Positions 1-9,498 of a stretch of DNA of 64,000 nt are shown in pieces. The stretch lies in contig JBGVIE010000008.1 of the NCBI GenBank assembly GCA_045122895.1, positions 7,602-71,601 on the forward strand, written 5' to 3'. The notes beneath the pieces were generated by a model. That model did no database searches and was not told the origin of the DNA. It was given only the letters and a program-made list of their open reading frames with translations. A program made the translations under genes and the position numbers. Every line of letters starts with the position of its first letter. Position 1 is the stretch's first letter. The stretch is from Lachnospiraceae bacterium. Its GTDB lineage: Bacteria; Bacillota; Clostridia; Lachnospirales; Lachnospiraceae.

Positions 1-525
1 GCTGCTTGAGTTGTAAGACCAGGTAACATACACCAAACTTCCCACACAGAATAAAGCGAGCAATGAGTATGCAATCCTGTGATTTTTAGAAACATCAACC
101 ACTTTATTACGTCTTACATATCTCCTTCCAAAAATTATAAACATTGAGCACACAAATAATTCAGAATAAAACGCTACAAAATTCATAGGGATACTCTCAA
201 GAATTCCCCAGGCGTCATTCCTTAGATAAAGCATACCAAAGTCAAAATACTGACCTGTCATATCATAAACAACCACAAACGCAATATCCATAACTGCCTG
301 CACAACGAGGAAAACAGTACATACAAAATATCTTAAAATATTCTTCTTAATAAGAAGTACTATAAATACCACAAGTCCAATCAGCCCCATATACAGTGCG
401 GGGTTCTGGATAATCAATTCTCCTTCAACTGCGTACACTGAAAGTGCTTCCATCAAAAAAGAAAAAAGCACAAATGTAATGACTAATTTGTTTTCTTTAC
501 ACCAATTAACTATTTTATCTTTCAT
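1..525 (-). CDS. polytopic membrane protein, N-terminal 175 codons only (gene continues past the left edge)
   Basis: My own minus-strand translation from ATG 525-523 gives MKDKIVNWCKENKLVITFVLFSFLMEALSVYAVEG... The frame stays open to position 1 and contains several hydrophobic helices. It is absent from the ORF track because it has no stop inside the window. Family not recognised; it resembles the membrane anchors of LTA-synthase/sulfatase-type enzymes, unverified. Confidence 0.5.
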   Translation of the reverse strand, partial: MKDKIVNWCKENKLVITFVLFSFLMEALSVYAVEGELIIQNPALYMGLIGLVVFIVLLIKKNILRYFVCTVFLVVQAVMDIAFVVVYDMTGQYFDFGMLYLRNDAWGILESIPMNFVAFYSELFVCSMFIIFGRRYVRRNKVVDVSKNHRIAYSLLALFCVGSLVYVTWSYNSSS

Positions 526-556
526 CTTCTACACTCTTTCTTTGTATTTTTCTAGA

Positions 557-1237
557 CTACAGAATATAAATCAAAACAACGCATAAAAATGTCTTACTTA
601 CGCTCTCATGTGTAATTCTAAAAATCAAACCATACACAAGGTACAATAATACATATGTCACTGGCAATGTAACAAAAGAAAATGCTACATCAAACAAGCC
701 TGCTGTAAGCATAAGGACAATACCGCCATAAGGCACAATCTCTTTCTTATTAAAATGTGACATAAAGTCTTCAACCATTTCCATCATAATAACAACCCAG
801 GCACATTTAATTACATTACATAAAATAACGGCAATTTTTGCCATAAGCTCATAACCTGTGAACTTAACGCCCAAGTCATAAAATGGTTTAACCTCAAATC
901 CAATCTGAGCACTAATAACAAATATCGATACCATCACAAGACCAATCACTATAAGAAGATTCTTTGTCTCTAACTCTCTTCCAATGGTATCAGGATTTGT
1001 AAGTAAGTTAATTCCGAACTTTGCATATACAACAAGCACCATTATTACAAGCGTTGCTGCCCATGACACACACAATACTATTCCAACGAAGAATTTTGTG
1101 TTCTGACCATAGTTGATTGAGTCAAAATATGGTGCTGTAAGCTTTGATAAAAAATAGCATCCTGCCAAAATCACCCATGATACTACAAACAGAACCACAC
1201 TCAGCTTACACGATAGTACTTTTTCATTTTTATCCAT
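557..1237 (-). CDS. hypothetical polytopic membrane protein (~6 TM helices)
   Basis: Track ORF 557..1249. I moved the start to ATG 1237 (MDKNEK) because the preceding codons are the GGAGG RBS (complement of 1243-1247) read in frame. Strongly hydrophobic throughout; no family recognised. Confidence 0.6.
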   Translation of the reverse strand: MDKNEKVLSCKLSVVLFVVSWVILAGCYFLSKLTAPYFDSINYGQNTKFFVGIVLCVSWAATLVIMVLVVYAKFGINLLTNPDTIGRELETKNLLIVIGLVMVSIFVISAQIGFEVKPFYDLGVKFTGYELMAKIAVILCNVIKCAWVVIMMEMVEDFMSHFNKKEIVPYGGIVLMLTAGLFDVAFSFVTLPVTYVLLYLVYGLIFRITHESVSKTFLCVVLIYIL

Positions 1238-1255
1238 CTTAACCTCCAAGTCATC

Positions 1256-2269
1256 CTACTTAAATCCATACTTTATTGTGCCTCTTCCACACTCAACACT
1301 TACATCAGCCACTGCACCGTTTACAATCGGCATTCTCGGCGGCTTGTGTCCAAAGTCACAATCAAAAACAACCGGAATTTCTAATTTCCCAAAAACATAT
1401 CTGACAGCCTCCTCATAAGATGTGTCAGAAAATGTATTATAAAACATTGGTCTTCCAAAGATAACACCATTACAATATTTAAACCAGCCAATCTCTTTAA
1501 GCTTCCATAAAAACATCATGAGATTTTCCGAGTCCGTCGCAAAACTCTCTAAATACCACACAATACCATCACTTTTGTATTTTTCGATAAAAGAAATCGT
1601 ATTGTCATACTTTGTTCCCTGAATGAAAAGCAGAACATCCAGACAGCCACCTATCATTCTTCCTGAAAAATGGGCACTATCAGAATTCATAATCTTCCAT
1701 TTTACGTTTTTCTTTAGCTCGTAGCTTTCCAAACCGGTATGTCTGTCCGCAAATCCATCCTGATATTTTTCATAACTGCCAAACGTATCCTTCTTACCTT
1801 CAAGCAAATCTATGTTATCCCAAATCGATGGATGCCAATTATCCATACCAAAATCACCAAAGTTATTTCCGTATATTGTAGCAATATCATACACTGTCGT
1901 AAGTGTATGAATAAGCCAGGTATTGTCTGAATAGCCCTGGAACCACACAGGTCTTTTAACAAAGCTGTCAAAATCAAAAAATTCAAGCATCTCATTCAAA
2001 TAATTGCCACCCTTTGCACTTATGATGCACCCCACATTATTATCCTCCAGCAGATGCGAAAACTGTGTAGCACGTGTGACGCCGTCTGAACTTCTTCCTT
2101 TTTCACCTGCAGTGAAGACATTCTGTGTCATCACCACAGGATAACCTGACTTTTGCAATTTTTCTCTTCCGTTATTGAATCTTATCTTATCAAGTTCATC
2201 ACTAACGCCATCTGATACAGCCGTAACACCGATTATATCACCCTGGCTTATCCACTTTGGAAATATCAT
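1256..2269 (-). CDS. LD-carboxypeptidase (peptidase S66, LdcA/MccF-like)
   Basis: 337 aa. It has the S66-type nucleophile motif GYSDNT and a C-terminal FGHKPP...PIVNG His motif. Its ATG overlaps the addA stop by 1 nt. Confidence 0.8.
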   Translation of the reverse strand: MIFPKWISQGDIIGVTAVSDGVSDELDKIRFNNGREKLQKSGYPVVMTQNVFTAGEKGRSSDGVTRATQFSHLLEDNNVGCIISAKGGNYLNEMLEFFDFDSFVKRPVWFQGYSDNTWLIHTLTTVYDIATIYGNNFGDFGMDNWHPSIWDNIDLLEGKKDTFGSYEKYQDGFADRHTGLESYELKKNVKWKIMNSDSAHFSGRMIGGCLDVLLFIQGTKYDNTISFIEKYKSDGIVWYLESFATDSENLMMFLWKLKEIGWFKYCNGVIFGRPMFYNTFSDTSYEEAVRYVFGKLEIPVVFDCDFGHKPPRMPIVNGAVADVSVECGRGTIKYGFK

Positions 2270-5200
2270 TATATACTTTCCTCCTTGGTTAAATGTATTG
2301 AATAGATTATCTTCTCTTTCACTTTTTTACCTGTAATCTTCTCGACAGCTTTTGCATAATATTTGAGCTGTTCACTATATCTGGATTTCAGCTCATCAAA
2401 ATCACTGACGTAGTCTGTTTTGTAATCAACTATTATAAGCTCTCCATCCTCTTCAAAAAGCGCATCAATAATCCCCTGCACTACTATTGTCTCATTCTCG
2501 CTGTATTCACTGTCAATCTCTGATGCTTTAACTCCCACAACGAATTTTTGTTCACGCTTTAAGTTACCATTGTCAAAAGCCTGCTTCATTCGTTTTCCGA
2601 TACCAGAGTGCGCAAAAGATATAAGATCCTCAATATTAACAAGCGCTGTATCGCTTTTTGTAAAACACCCCTTAGAAATCATATCATTCAACATTTTATC
2701 ATAATTTTCAAAAAATGGTACCATAGAATAATTAAATAATTCTAAAATTTTGTGATAAACCGTTCCTCTGTAAGCTCCTGTAACTTCTTCTCTTTCTCTT
2801 GCAAATACAGGAATATACTTATCCTCCGCTTTATCTTCTACCACAAAATCTGCATTCATCTTTTTTATATCTGATACCGACATCTTAGAAGTGGTGAGCT
2901 TCTTAGTTTTATACGGATATTCATATTCTATATATTTCTTCAAAGGATTTACTTTGCTGTCTCCATACTCATAATCGAAATCTGACAAAAATGTTTTCTT
3001 TTCTGATTTGCAGACAGCATCTGTCATCTTATCATCTACAATATCACTGACCTCTTTTACCACAACACCAAATGGCATTCCTATTTTCCTGTCAATTGTA
3101 TAGCCAATCAAATCAAGTATTCCTGATGACTTCATAAGTATGTCTTTTGACAGCTTATCATCCTCCTCATACTTTGCCCCCTCCCACTTCTTAAGGGTAG
3201 TGTCAAGATTCTTTACTGCCCCTGTCATAATAAGCTTTTCCTTAGCTCTGGTAAGTGCAACGTATAAGACTCTTAACTCTTCTGCGATATTATCCTGGTC
3301 AATCGCTTTAGCTACAGCTTTTTTTATGAGTGTATTAATCCTAAGCTTTTCATCAGCCAGAATAAGATCGATACCAATACCTATATCAGGATGGATGCAA
3401 AGTTTTCCTCTTGTGTCAAGCTTATTATGCTTCTTTCCAAGTCCGGATACAAACACAACCGGGAACTCAAGTCCCTTACTCTTATGAATAGTCATGATTC
3501 GCACAGAATTATCATTTTCTGATATAACCGATGCCTCACCACAATCAATATCATACTTCTCTATTCTTTCTATATATCTTATAAAATTAAAAACACCCTT
3601 ATAAGTCCCTGCGTCAAAATCAATAGCCTTCTTAATAAGCATGGAAAGGTTAGCACTTCTTCTCTTTCCACCCGGAAGTGCAGTGACATAGTGCATATAA
3701 TCCGTCTCATCAAGAATCTGTGTAATAATACTGTACATAGATGAGTAAGCTACCTTAGCTCTATATTTATCAAGAAAATGAAAAAATCTTTCTATTTTCC
3801 TGTATACTACTTCTTCCACAACCTCCCTTTTTTCTCTTGCCGCCAAAAGATAATCATAATAATGGGATGTCTTATTATCAAGTTTGGAAATTGTTTTAAT
3901 ATATGCAATATCTGTATCTGTAAAATCAAACATCTTAGATGTAAGTGCCGCTACAAGTGGAATATCCTGAATAGGATTATCAATAACCCTGATTATATTC
4001 AACACATCTACGATTTCGGTAGCATTAAAATATCCTGACTGACTTTCACAATAAGCAGATATGCCTTCGTTCTCAAGTACCTTTTGATAAACCTCAGCAG
4101 TTCCCGATACACTTCTTAGCAAAATCACTATATCAGAATATCTAACCGGTCTGTACTCATTAGTGTCCTTATCTGTCACCATGAATTTGTCTGCTACAAG
4201 CTCTTTAATACGTGTGGCAACCACATATGCTTCCATCTCTTTTGAAGACTTATCCAAAAAAATCTCGTCCATCTCATCTCCGGCTTTTGTATTTACAAGA
4301 ATGATTTCTGCCTTCTCATTCTGCGTGGCACAAACCTCCTTATAATCAGCTCCCTGATTCAATCTGTTGTCTTCATCATACTCGATTCCACCAAGATTTC
4401 TTCCCATAATCTGGTTAAAAATGTAGTTGGTAGCATCAAGCACCTCGCGCCTGCTTCTAAAATTCTTATCAAGAGTAATTCTTCTGGAATTGCCATCTTT
4501 TTTTTCACTTTCTTCTACGTTTTTCACAGGGGTAAACTCATTGTATTTATCAATAAAAATCTCCGGTCTTGCCAGTCTGAATTTATAAATACTCTGTTTT
4601 ACATCACCTACCATAAACATATTTGGTCTTCCAAACCGTTCCGAAGAAATAGACTTCATAAGTGTTTCCTGAACATAATTGCTGTCCTGATACTCATCAA
4701 TCATTATCTCATAGTAATCAAAAGCCATCTCATCAGCCACCTTTGATGGCACTATCACTCCATCTTTTTTTTCTGTCAAAATCTCTAATGCCAAGTGCTC
4801 AACATCTGAAAAATCAACAAGATTTTTCTCCCTTTTCTTCTCCTGATATCTACCCTCAAAATCAAGAACAAGCCTGATTATCACATCAATAGTCTTTTTA
4901 CACTGTTTAATGCAGTCAATTTGAGAGTCTAAATCAGTAAAGAAATAGTCTTTTTTCAGAGTCCTAAGTCCATCCTTCACAGCATTTCTTCTATTTTTTA
5001 CCTCTTCCCTTATGTCAGGATTTACGCCTTCTCCTTTTTTTGTGCTAAGTCTCAATGGCTCATATTTACCAAGCATCTGGGCCATTTTATCATAGTCATC
5101 TAAACAGAGTAATTTCTCAACAAAACTCTTATCATAATTTATCGCCTCTTCATACATATCCGGTCCGCCTTCATCAAGTGCAAGTCTAAGACAGTCATCA

Positions 5201-5889
5201 ATCTCTGACTTGTAAGAAGTGAGCTTTGTAGATATATCATCCATTATAAGCTTCATCCATGGAGTGCTTTTCATATCCTCAACGTAAGTCAAATCATAAT
5301 AATTGACACAGGACTCAAGCCACTTGTGAGGTTCAACATAGCTCATTGAGAAATTATATAATTTCAAAATAATATCTTCGATATCTTTATCAGACCTTGA
5401 GTTTGAATATTGCTCTACAAAATCGATAAAATCTTCACTTTTTTCTGTATAAGCAGCCTCTAAAGTTTCTTTGATGGCATCAGCTCTCATAAGCTTTAAA
5501 TCGCCCTCATCACCAACTGCAAATGCCGGATCTATATCAAGATATGTAAAATTGTCTTTTACCACATTGAGACAAAAGCTATCTATTGTACAAATGTTGG
5601 CATTGTGAATGTACGTAAGCTGCTTTTGCAGATGCTCATTGTCAGGGTCAGCAATCGCCTTTTCTTCAATAGCATTGAGTATGCGCTCCCGCATCTGTGA
5701 AGCAGCCGCATTAGTAAATGTTACAACTAACAATTTGTCGATATCTATGGGATTATCCTTATCAGTAACCATCTGAATAATACGCTCAACAAGTACAGCA
5801 GTCTTACCTGAACCTGCTGCCGCCGATACTAAAATATTCTTATCTCTTAAATCTATAACTGTCTGCTGTGCTGTTGTAAATTTAGGCAT
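2269..5889 (-). CDS. addA: ATP-dependent helicase/nuclease subunit A (AddA)
   Basis: UvrD-type helicase N-terminus (VSAAAGSGKTAVLVERI, VVTFTNAAA) followed by a C-terminal RecB-type nuclease (GIIDALF..IVDYKTD). Start set at MPKFTTAQQ (ATG 5889), preceded by a GGGGGAAG RBS. It overlaps the addB stop by 8 nt. Confidence 0.95.
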   Translation of the reverse strand: MPKFTTAQQTVIDLRDKNILVSAAAGSGKTAVLVERIIQMVTDKDNPIDIDKLLVVTFTNAAASQMRERILNAIEEKAIADPDNEHLQKQLTYIHNANICTIDSFCLNVVKDNFTYLDIDPAFAVGDEGDLKLMRADAIKETLEAAYTEKSEDFIDFVEQYSNSRSDKDIEDIILKLYNFSMSYVEPHKWLESCVNYYDLTYVEDMKSTPWMKLIMDDISTKLTSYKSEIDDCLRLALDEGGPDMYEEAINYDKSFVEKLLCLDDYDKMAQMLGKYEPLRLSTKKGEGVNPDIREEVKNRRNAVKDGLRTLKKDYFFTDLDSQIDCIKQCKKTIDVIIRLVLDFEGRYQEKKREKNLVDFSDVEHLALEILTEKKDGVIVPSKVADEMAFDYYEIMIDEYQDSNYVQETLMKSISSERFGRPNMFMVGDVKQSIYKFRLARPEIFIDKYNEFTPVKNVEESEKKDGNSRRITLDKNFRSRREVLDATNYIFNQIMGRNLGGIEYDEDNRLNQGADYKEVCATQNEKAEIILVNTKAGDEMDEIFLDKSSKEMEAYVVATRIKELVADKFMVTDKDTNEYRPVRYSDIVILLRSVSGTAEVYQKVLENEGISAYCESQSGYFNATEIVDVLNIIRVIDNPIQDIPLVAALTSKMFDFTDTDIAYIKTISKLDNKTSHYYDYLLAAREKREVVEEVVYRKIERFFHFLDKYRAKVAYSSMYSIITQILDETDYMHYVTALPGGKRRSANLSMLIKKAIDFDAGTYKGVFNFIRYIERIEKYDIDCGEASVISENDNSVRIMTIHKSKGLEFPVVFVSGLGKKHNKLDTRGKLCIHPDIGIGIDLILADEKLRINTLIKKAVAKAIDQDNIAEELRVLYVALTRAKEKLIMTGAVKNLDTTLKKWEGAKYEEDDKLSKDILMKSSGILDLIGYTIDRKIGMPFGVVVKEVSDIVDDKMTDAVCKSEKKTFLSDFDYEYGDSKVNPLKKYIEYEYPYKTKKLTTSKMSVSDIKKMNADFVVEDKAEDKYIPVFAREREEVTGAYRGTVYHKILELFNYSMVPFFENYDKMLNDMISKGCFTKSDTALVNIEDLISFAHSGIGKRMKQAFDNGNLKREQKFVVGVKASEIDSEYSENETIVVQGIIDALFEEDGELIIVDYKTDYVSDFDELKSRYSEQLKYYAKAVEKITGKKVKEKIIYSIHLTKEESI

Positions 5890-8800
5890 TCTCACTTCCC
5901 CCTTTCTCATATCTGCTCTCATATTCATCTTTGATATTAGACCATACTTCCTCATTCTTTAACTTACACGCTTTTCTGTACTCAAACCCGCTAAGCTCCA
6001 TATCAAATCTGCACACCCCGCTAAACTCACAATAATCACATGGCGTCTTACCTGAATCCTTGACAGGGTTTATCGAGACACTTCCAGATACTATTTCTTT
6101 TGCAAGACGTTTAGTCTTTTTTTCCATGAAAGCAGACAGCATTTCAAAACCATACGTGCTTGTTGAATTCTTTATTTTAAACTCTCCGTCTTTGTTTTTC
6201 TTAACCTCAATAACACTTGATGAGCTCTGTGACTCAAGTCTCTCATCAATGAGTTTAACAATATGAGGGTCATTGTTTACAAGGCCCGGCATCACATACT
6301 CTTTTTTTCTTCTTTCCTCACTGTCGTCAATTCCTGATTCATTGTATTTATCAATTACAGGGTCTTTTATCATGTAGTAAAGTTCAGCAGCCGGTATAAC
6401 TGTTGCATCAGGATTTTTCCTCTTCTCAAGTTCAAGAACCTCCTTCATATACATTGATAACTGAAGTGATCTTCCATCATATATATCATTCATCTTAAAC
6501 TCTTTTTTACCCGACTTATAATCAACTACTTTTACATATATATTCTCCCTGCCATCTACTATCTCTCTACATATATCAACTCTGTCAATTACTCCATATA
6601 GATTCATATTTGTATCTTCATCAATTTTCATTCTGTCAGAGAATTTAAGTTCAAAATAAGCAGGCACAAACTGCCCACCCTTTATTTGCTCACATATAAC
6701 CTTAGTCGTTTTATTAGTCATATTATAGAGGCGCTCAAGCATATATCTGCTTCTTTCAGTTTCCGAAAAAACAGCAGCCTCCTCGTTTGCTGAAATCTTT
6801 TCTACGCTCTCCTTAACAAGCTTCGTTCTTGTGGGTTCATCAAGCTCACTCCAGGAATATTTCTCATTCACTCTGTTCGAAAACTCCTCAAGTGCCGCAT
6901 GGTAAAGCGTACCGATATCAGATATCTTAATCTCATATATTTTTCTCTCAAGAAGATTAAGACCATATCTTAAAAAGTGGCTGTACGCACAATTAGCATA
7001 CTTTTCAAGTCTTGATATACTGTTAGTCATCTCCTTACCATAAAGCACTCTTGCCACAGCCTCATCAATCGGATTATCAAGATATCTGAAGGTCGCAGCT
7101 TCCACGTAGCTTTCCAGTTTTTCTCTGTCATTTTCACGAATATAGTATGCAAGCAAATCCTTGAAAAACTGGTTATTCTCATAATCTTCATCACCACAAA
7201 GAATATCCCTTATCTTTGATGCAAGATAATCAAGTGCTGCATCTTCACCTACAAGATACCTAAAATCCTTATGGTCAGCAACTATCTTTAGTTTTCCAAA
7301 GACCTTCATAAGTTCACCTATAATATACGATTTTCTATGAGATTTTCCATCAAGATTTACAAGTGCATATGATACATAAAGCTTATTCTTTGGTTTTGTC
7401 ATATTCAGGTAGAGGTAGAATTTTTGTATAAAAGCATTTTCCCTTGCAGATGGTGATAATTCTACATCCACTTTTTTTAAAATCCTTCTATCCTTCTCAC
7501 TTAATATTCCACCCTGTTTTGCACTTTTGGGAACTACACTGTCATTCACACCCACAAAAAAAAGTGCCTTAATATTATTAAGTCTTGTTCTCTCAATATC
7601 TCCTGCCAGCACACAGTCGGGACTAGGTGGAATTATCCCAACCTTAATCTCTTCAAATCCCGCATCTAATATATCTGCATACTCTTTGAGAGATATTCTC
7701 TCATTTCCCATAAGCGCTGTTATTTTTTCAAACAACTCCATCACAAGCCTGTATATCTGTGAATACTCTTTTGCAAGAGCAAGTTCATTATCAAGCTGGA
7801 ATTTTTCAGCATATGAATTAATAATATCATTCATATTAAGTGATTCAATAAATTCATATATAGCCATTGTAATCTCTGAGACTGTGACATTTTTCCTGCT
7901 TAACTTTGCATAAATATCAGAAAAAATATTTACTATTTTCTCCCTTACCTGATTAACCTCTTCACTGCTTTTACTCCACTCCCTGTTATAACCGTCAAAA
8001 CCGCGAATTCCCATTGCCAGTACTGCATTCTCAAGCTTATCAATCTCTTCTGTCTTTATTCCTGTCATACCTCTTCTCAAAAACCTAAACAGCGATTCAT
8101 ATGAAAAATTGGAAGTAACAATTTCCAACATACTCTTTATACTGTCAACAAACGGATTATCAGTAATATTTCTCTTGTTATCAATAAAAAAAGGTATGTC
8201 AGCTTTCGTCAGAGTATTCTCAATAAGCTTATGGTATTCATCTATATCAGCCGTCACAATGGCAATATCTTTGTATCTGTATCCCTCATCCATAACAAGA
8301 CTCTTAATTGTACCTGCAACACTTGATATCTCGTCATTCATAGTAGCAAATTCCAGAATTTTCACGTCATCCTGCTCTTCATCAAATGACTGTTTCTTAA
8401 ATCTGAAAAGATTCTTTTCAAGATGACTTAACGCTTTTGATTCCTTATATCTTATAGGGTTTTCATCATCCATGCATACAGCATCTTCTACTATGACCTT
8501 CGACATAAGTGCCTCATTCATAAGGACATTTCTGGTCTTGATTGACATAAGAAACAAATCCTGTTCCTTTTGCTTTGTATCATTCGCCTTATATGATGGC
8601 AGAGTAACAGATATCGTAACCTTCTTTGCATATTTCATAATATGGCCAATAAGTCTGTACTGAACAGGTGTAAAGCCCGTAAATCCATCAAAATAAAACT
8701 CTGATTTCTTCACGATTTCAGAGTCACTTATATTATCGCAAAGCACTCTTAACAATTCTTCAGACGGAAGATAATCCCTTCCTATCTCTTTTTTGAACGC

Positions 8801-9289
8801 TTCAAAAATATGCTTTACATCAGAAATTTTGCCCTTTAACAGCGGACTTACATCATTCATAGAAAGTATTCTATCTATTTCATCCTCACCAATTCCATAT
8901 TGGTAAAATTCTGAAATCAGTGATTTCATCTCACTTGTAAATCCCTCTTTTGAAGACTTGTTGCCAAAAATCTGTAAATGATTTTTCTCGTGCTCAATCA
9001 CCTTCCTAAGCACAAGATTTTTACCCGTATCGTCAAGAACACTTCCCACGTTGATAAAAAGTTCATTAAACACGTTAAACGCAAATCTTTCAAAGCTTAA
9101 TATATCAATGTTTACTGCGCCGCCACAGGGATGCTTTGTAACGATATCCTTTTGAGTCTCCATTGTAAACTGCTCCGGTACAATCATTATGTAATCGGAG
9201 CTTAAATCCTTTGACTTTTCTATAACATCGTTAAATATATAATTCGTTTTTCCTGAGCCTGACGCTCCATATACAAACCTAAGTGACAT
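5882..9289 (-). CDS. addB: ATP-dependent helicase/nuclease subunit B (AddB)
   Basis: 1135 aa. N-terminal P-loop GASGSGKT. C-terminal nuclease with Fe-S cysteines (PCDYCEFSGVCRFD). Sits immediately upstream of addA. Confidence 0.95.
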   Translation of the reverse strand: MSLRFVYGASGSGKTNYIFNDVIEKSKDLSSDYIMIVPEQFTMETQKDIVTKHPCGGAVNIDILSFERFAFNVFNELFINVGSVLDDTGKNLVLRKVIEHEKNHLQIFGNKSSKEGFTSEMKSLISEFYQYGIGEDEIDRILSMNDVSPLLKGKISDVKHIFEAFKKEIGRDYLPSEELLRVLCDNISDSEIVKKSEFYFDGFTGFTPVQYRLIGHIMKYAKKVTISVTLPSYKANDTKQKEQDLFLMSIKTRNVLMNEALMSKVIVEDAVCMDDENPIRYKESKALSHLEKNLFRFKKQSFDEEQDDVKILEFATMNDEISSVAGTIKSLVMDEGYRYKDIAIVTADIDEYHKLIENTLTKADIPFFIDNKRNITDNPFVDSIKSMLEIVTSNFSYESLFRFLRRGMTGIKTEEIDKLENAVLAMGIRGFDGYNREWSKSSEEVNQVREKIVNIFSDIYAKLSRKNVTVSEITMAIYEFIESLNMNDIINSYAEKFQLDNELALAKEYSQIYRLVMELFEKITALMGNERISLKEYADILDAGFEEIKVGIIPPSPDCVLAGDIERTRLNNIKALFFVGVNDSVVPKSAKQGGILSEKDRRILKKVDVELSPSARENAFIQKFYLYLNMTKPKNKLYVSYALVNLDGKSHRKSYIIGELMKVFGKLKIVADHKDFRYLVGEDAALDYLASKIRDILCGDEDYENNQFFKDLLAYYIRENDREKLESYVEAATFRYLDNPIDEAVARVLYGKEMTNSISRLEKYANCAYSHFLRYGLNLLERKIYEIKISDIGTLYHAALEEFSNRVNEKYSWSELDEPTRTKLVKESVEKISANEEAAVFSETERSRYMLERLYNMTNKTTKVICEQIKGGQFVPAYFELKFSDRMKIDEDTNMNLYGVIDRVDICREIVDGRENIYVKVVDYKSGKKEFKMNDIYDGRSLQLSMYMKEVLELEKRKNPDATVIPAAELYYMIKDPVIDKYNESGIDDSEERRKKEYVMPGLVNNDPHIVKLIDERLESQSSSSVIEVKKNKDGEFKIKNSTSTYGFEMLSAFMEKKTKRLAKEIVSGSVSINPVKDSGKTPCDYCEFSGVCRFDMELSGFEYRKACKLKNEEVWSNIKDEYESRYEKGGSENA

Positions 9290-9341
9290 ATTGTATCTCC
9301 CTCACCATATAATTATATAAAACAATAAAAATCGGAGTCTT

Positions 9342-9452
9342 ATGTTTAAAAAAAATCCAATTCTTGTATTCAAACTAAAAGAGCTTCTTGTAAGTCTTGC
9401 TCTACTAATTGTAACAGTTGCACTCTTAATCACGATTATAGGTGCTCTGTAA
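9342..9452 (+). CDS. possible 36-aa hydrophobic small protein (speculative)
   Basis: My own translation: MFKKNPILVFKLKELLVSLALLIVTVALLITIIGAL, with GGAG 4 nt upstream of the ATG. It lies on the strand opposite its neighbours and is below the track's size cut-off. AT-rich intergenic DNA can produce such ORFs by chance. Confidence 0.2.
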   Translation: MFKKNPILVFKLKELLVSLALLIVTVALLITIIGAL

Positions 9453-9492
9453 AAATTATGCCCTTGTGAACATCACTTATTGTCACAAGGGC
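9450..9492 (-). terminator. rho-independent terminator of nadE
   Basis: 10-bp stem: 9460-9469 (gcccttgtga) pairs with 9483-9492 (tcacaagggc). On the minus strand it is followed by a U-run (complement of aaaaa at 9451-9455). Confidence 0.6.
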
Positions 9493-9498
9493 CTGTAA

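Noticed and set aside
5890-5955. 22-codon N-terminal extension of addA (MRKYGLISKMNMRADMRKGEVR).
   Set aside because: It overlaps the addB 3' end. A GGGGGAAG RBS sits directly before ATG 5889, and AddA homology starts at MPKFTTAQQ.
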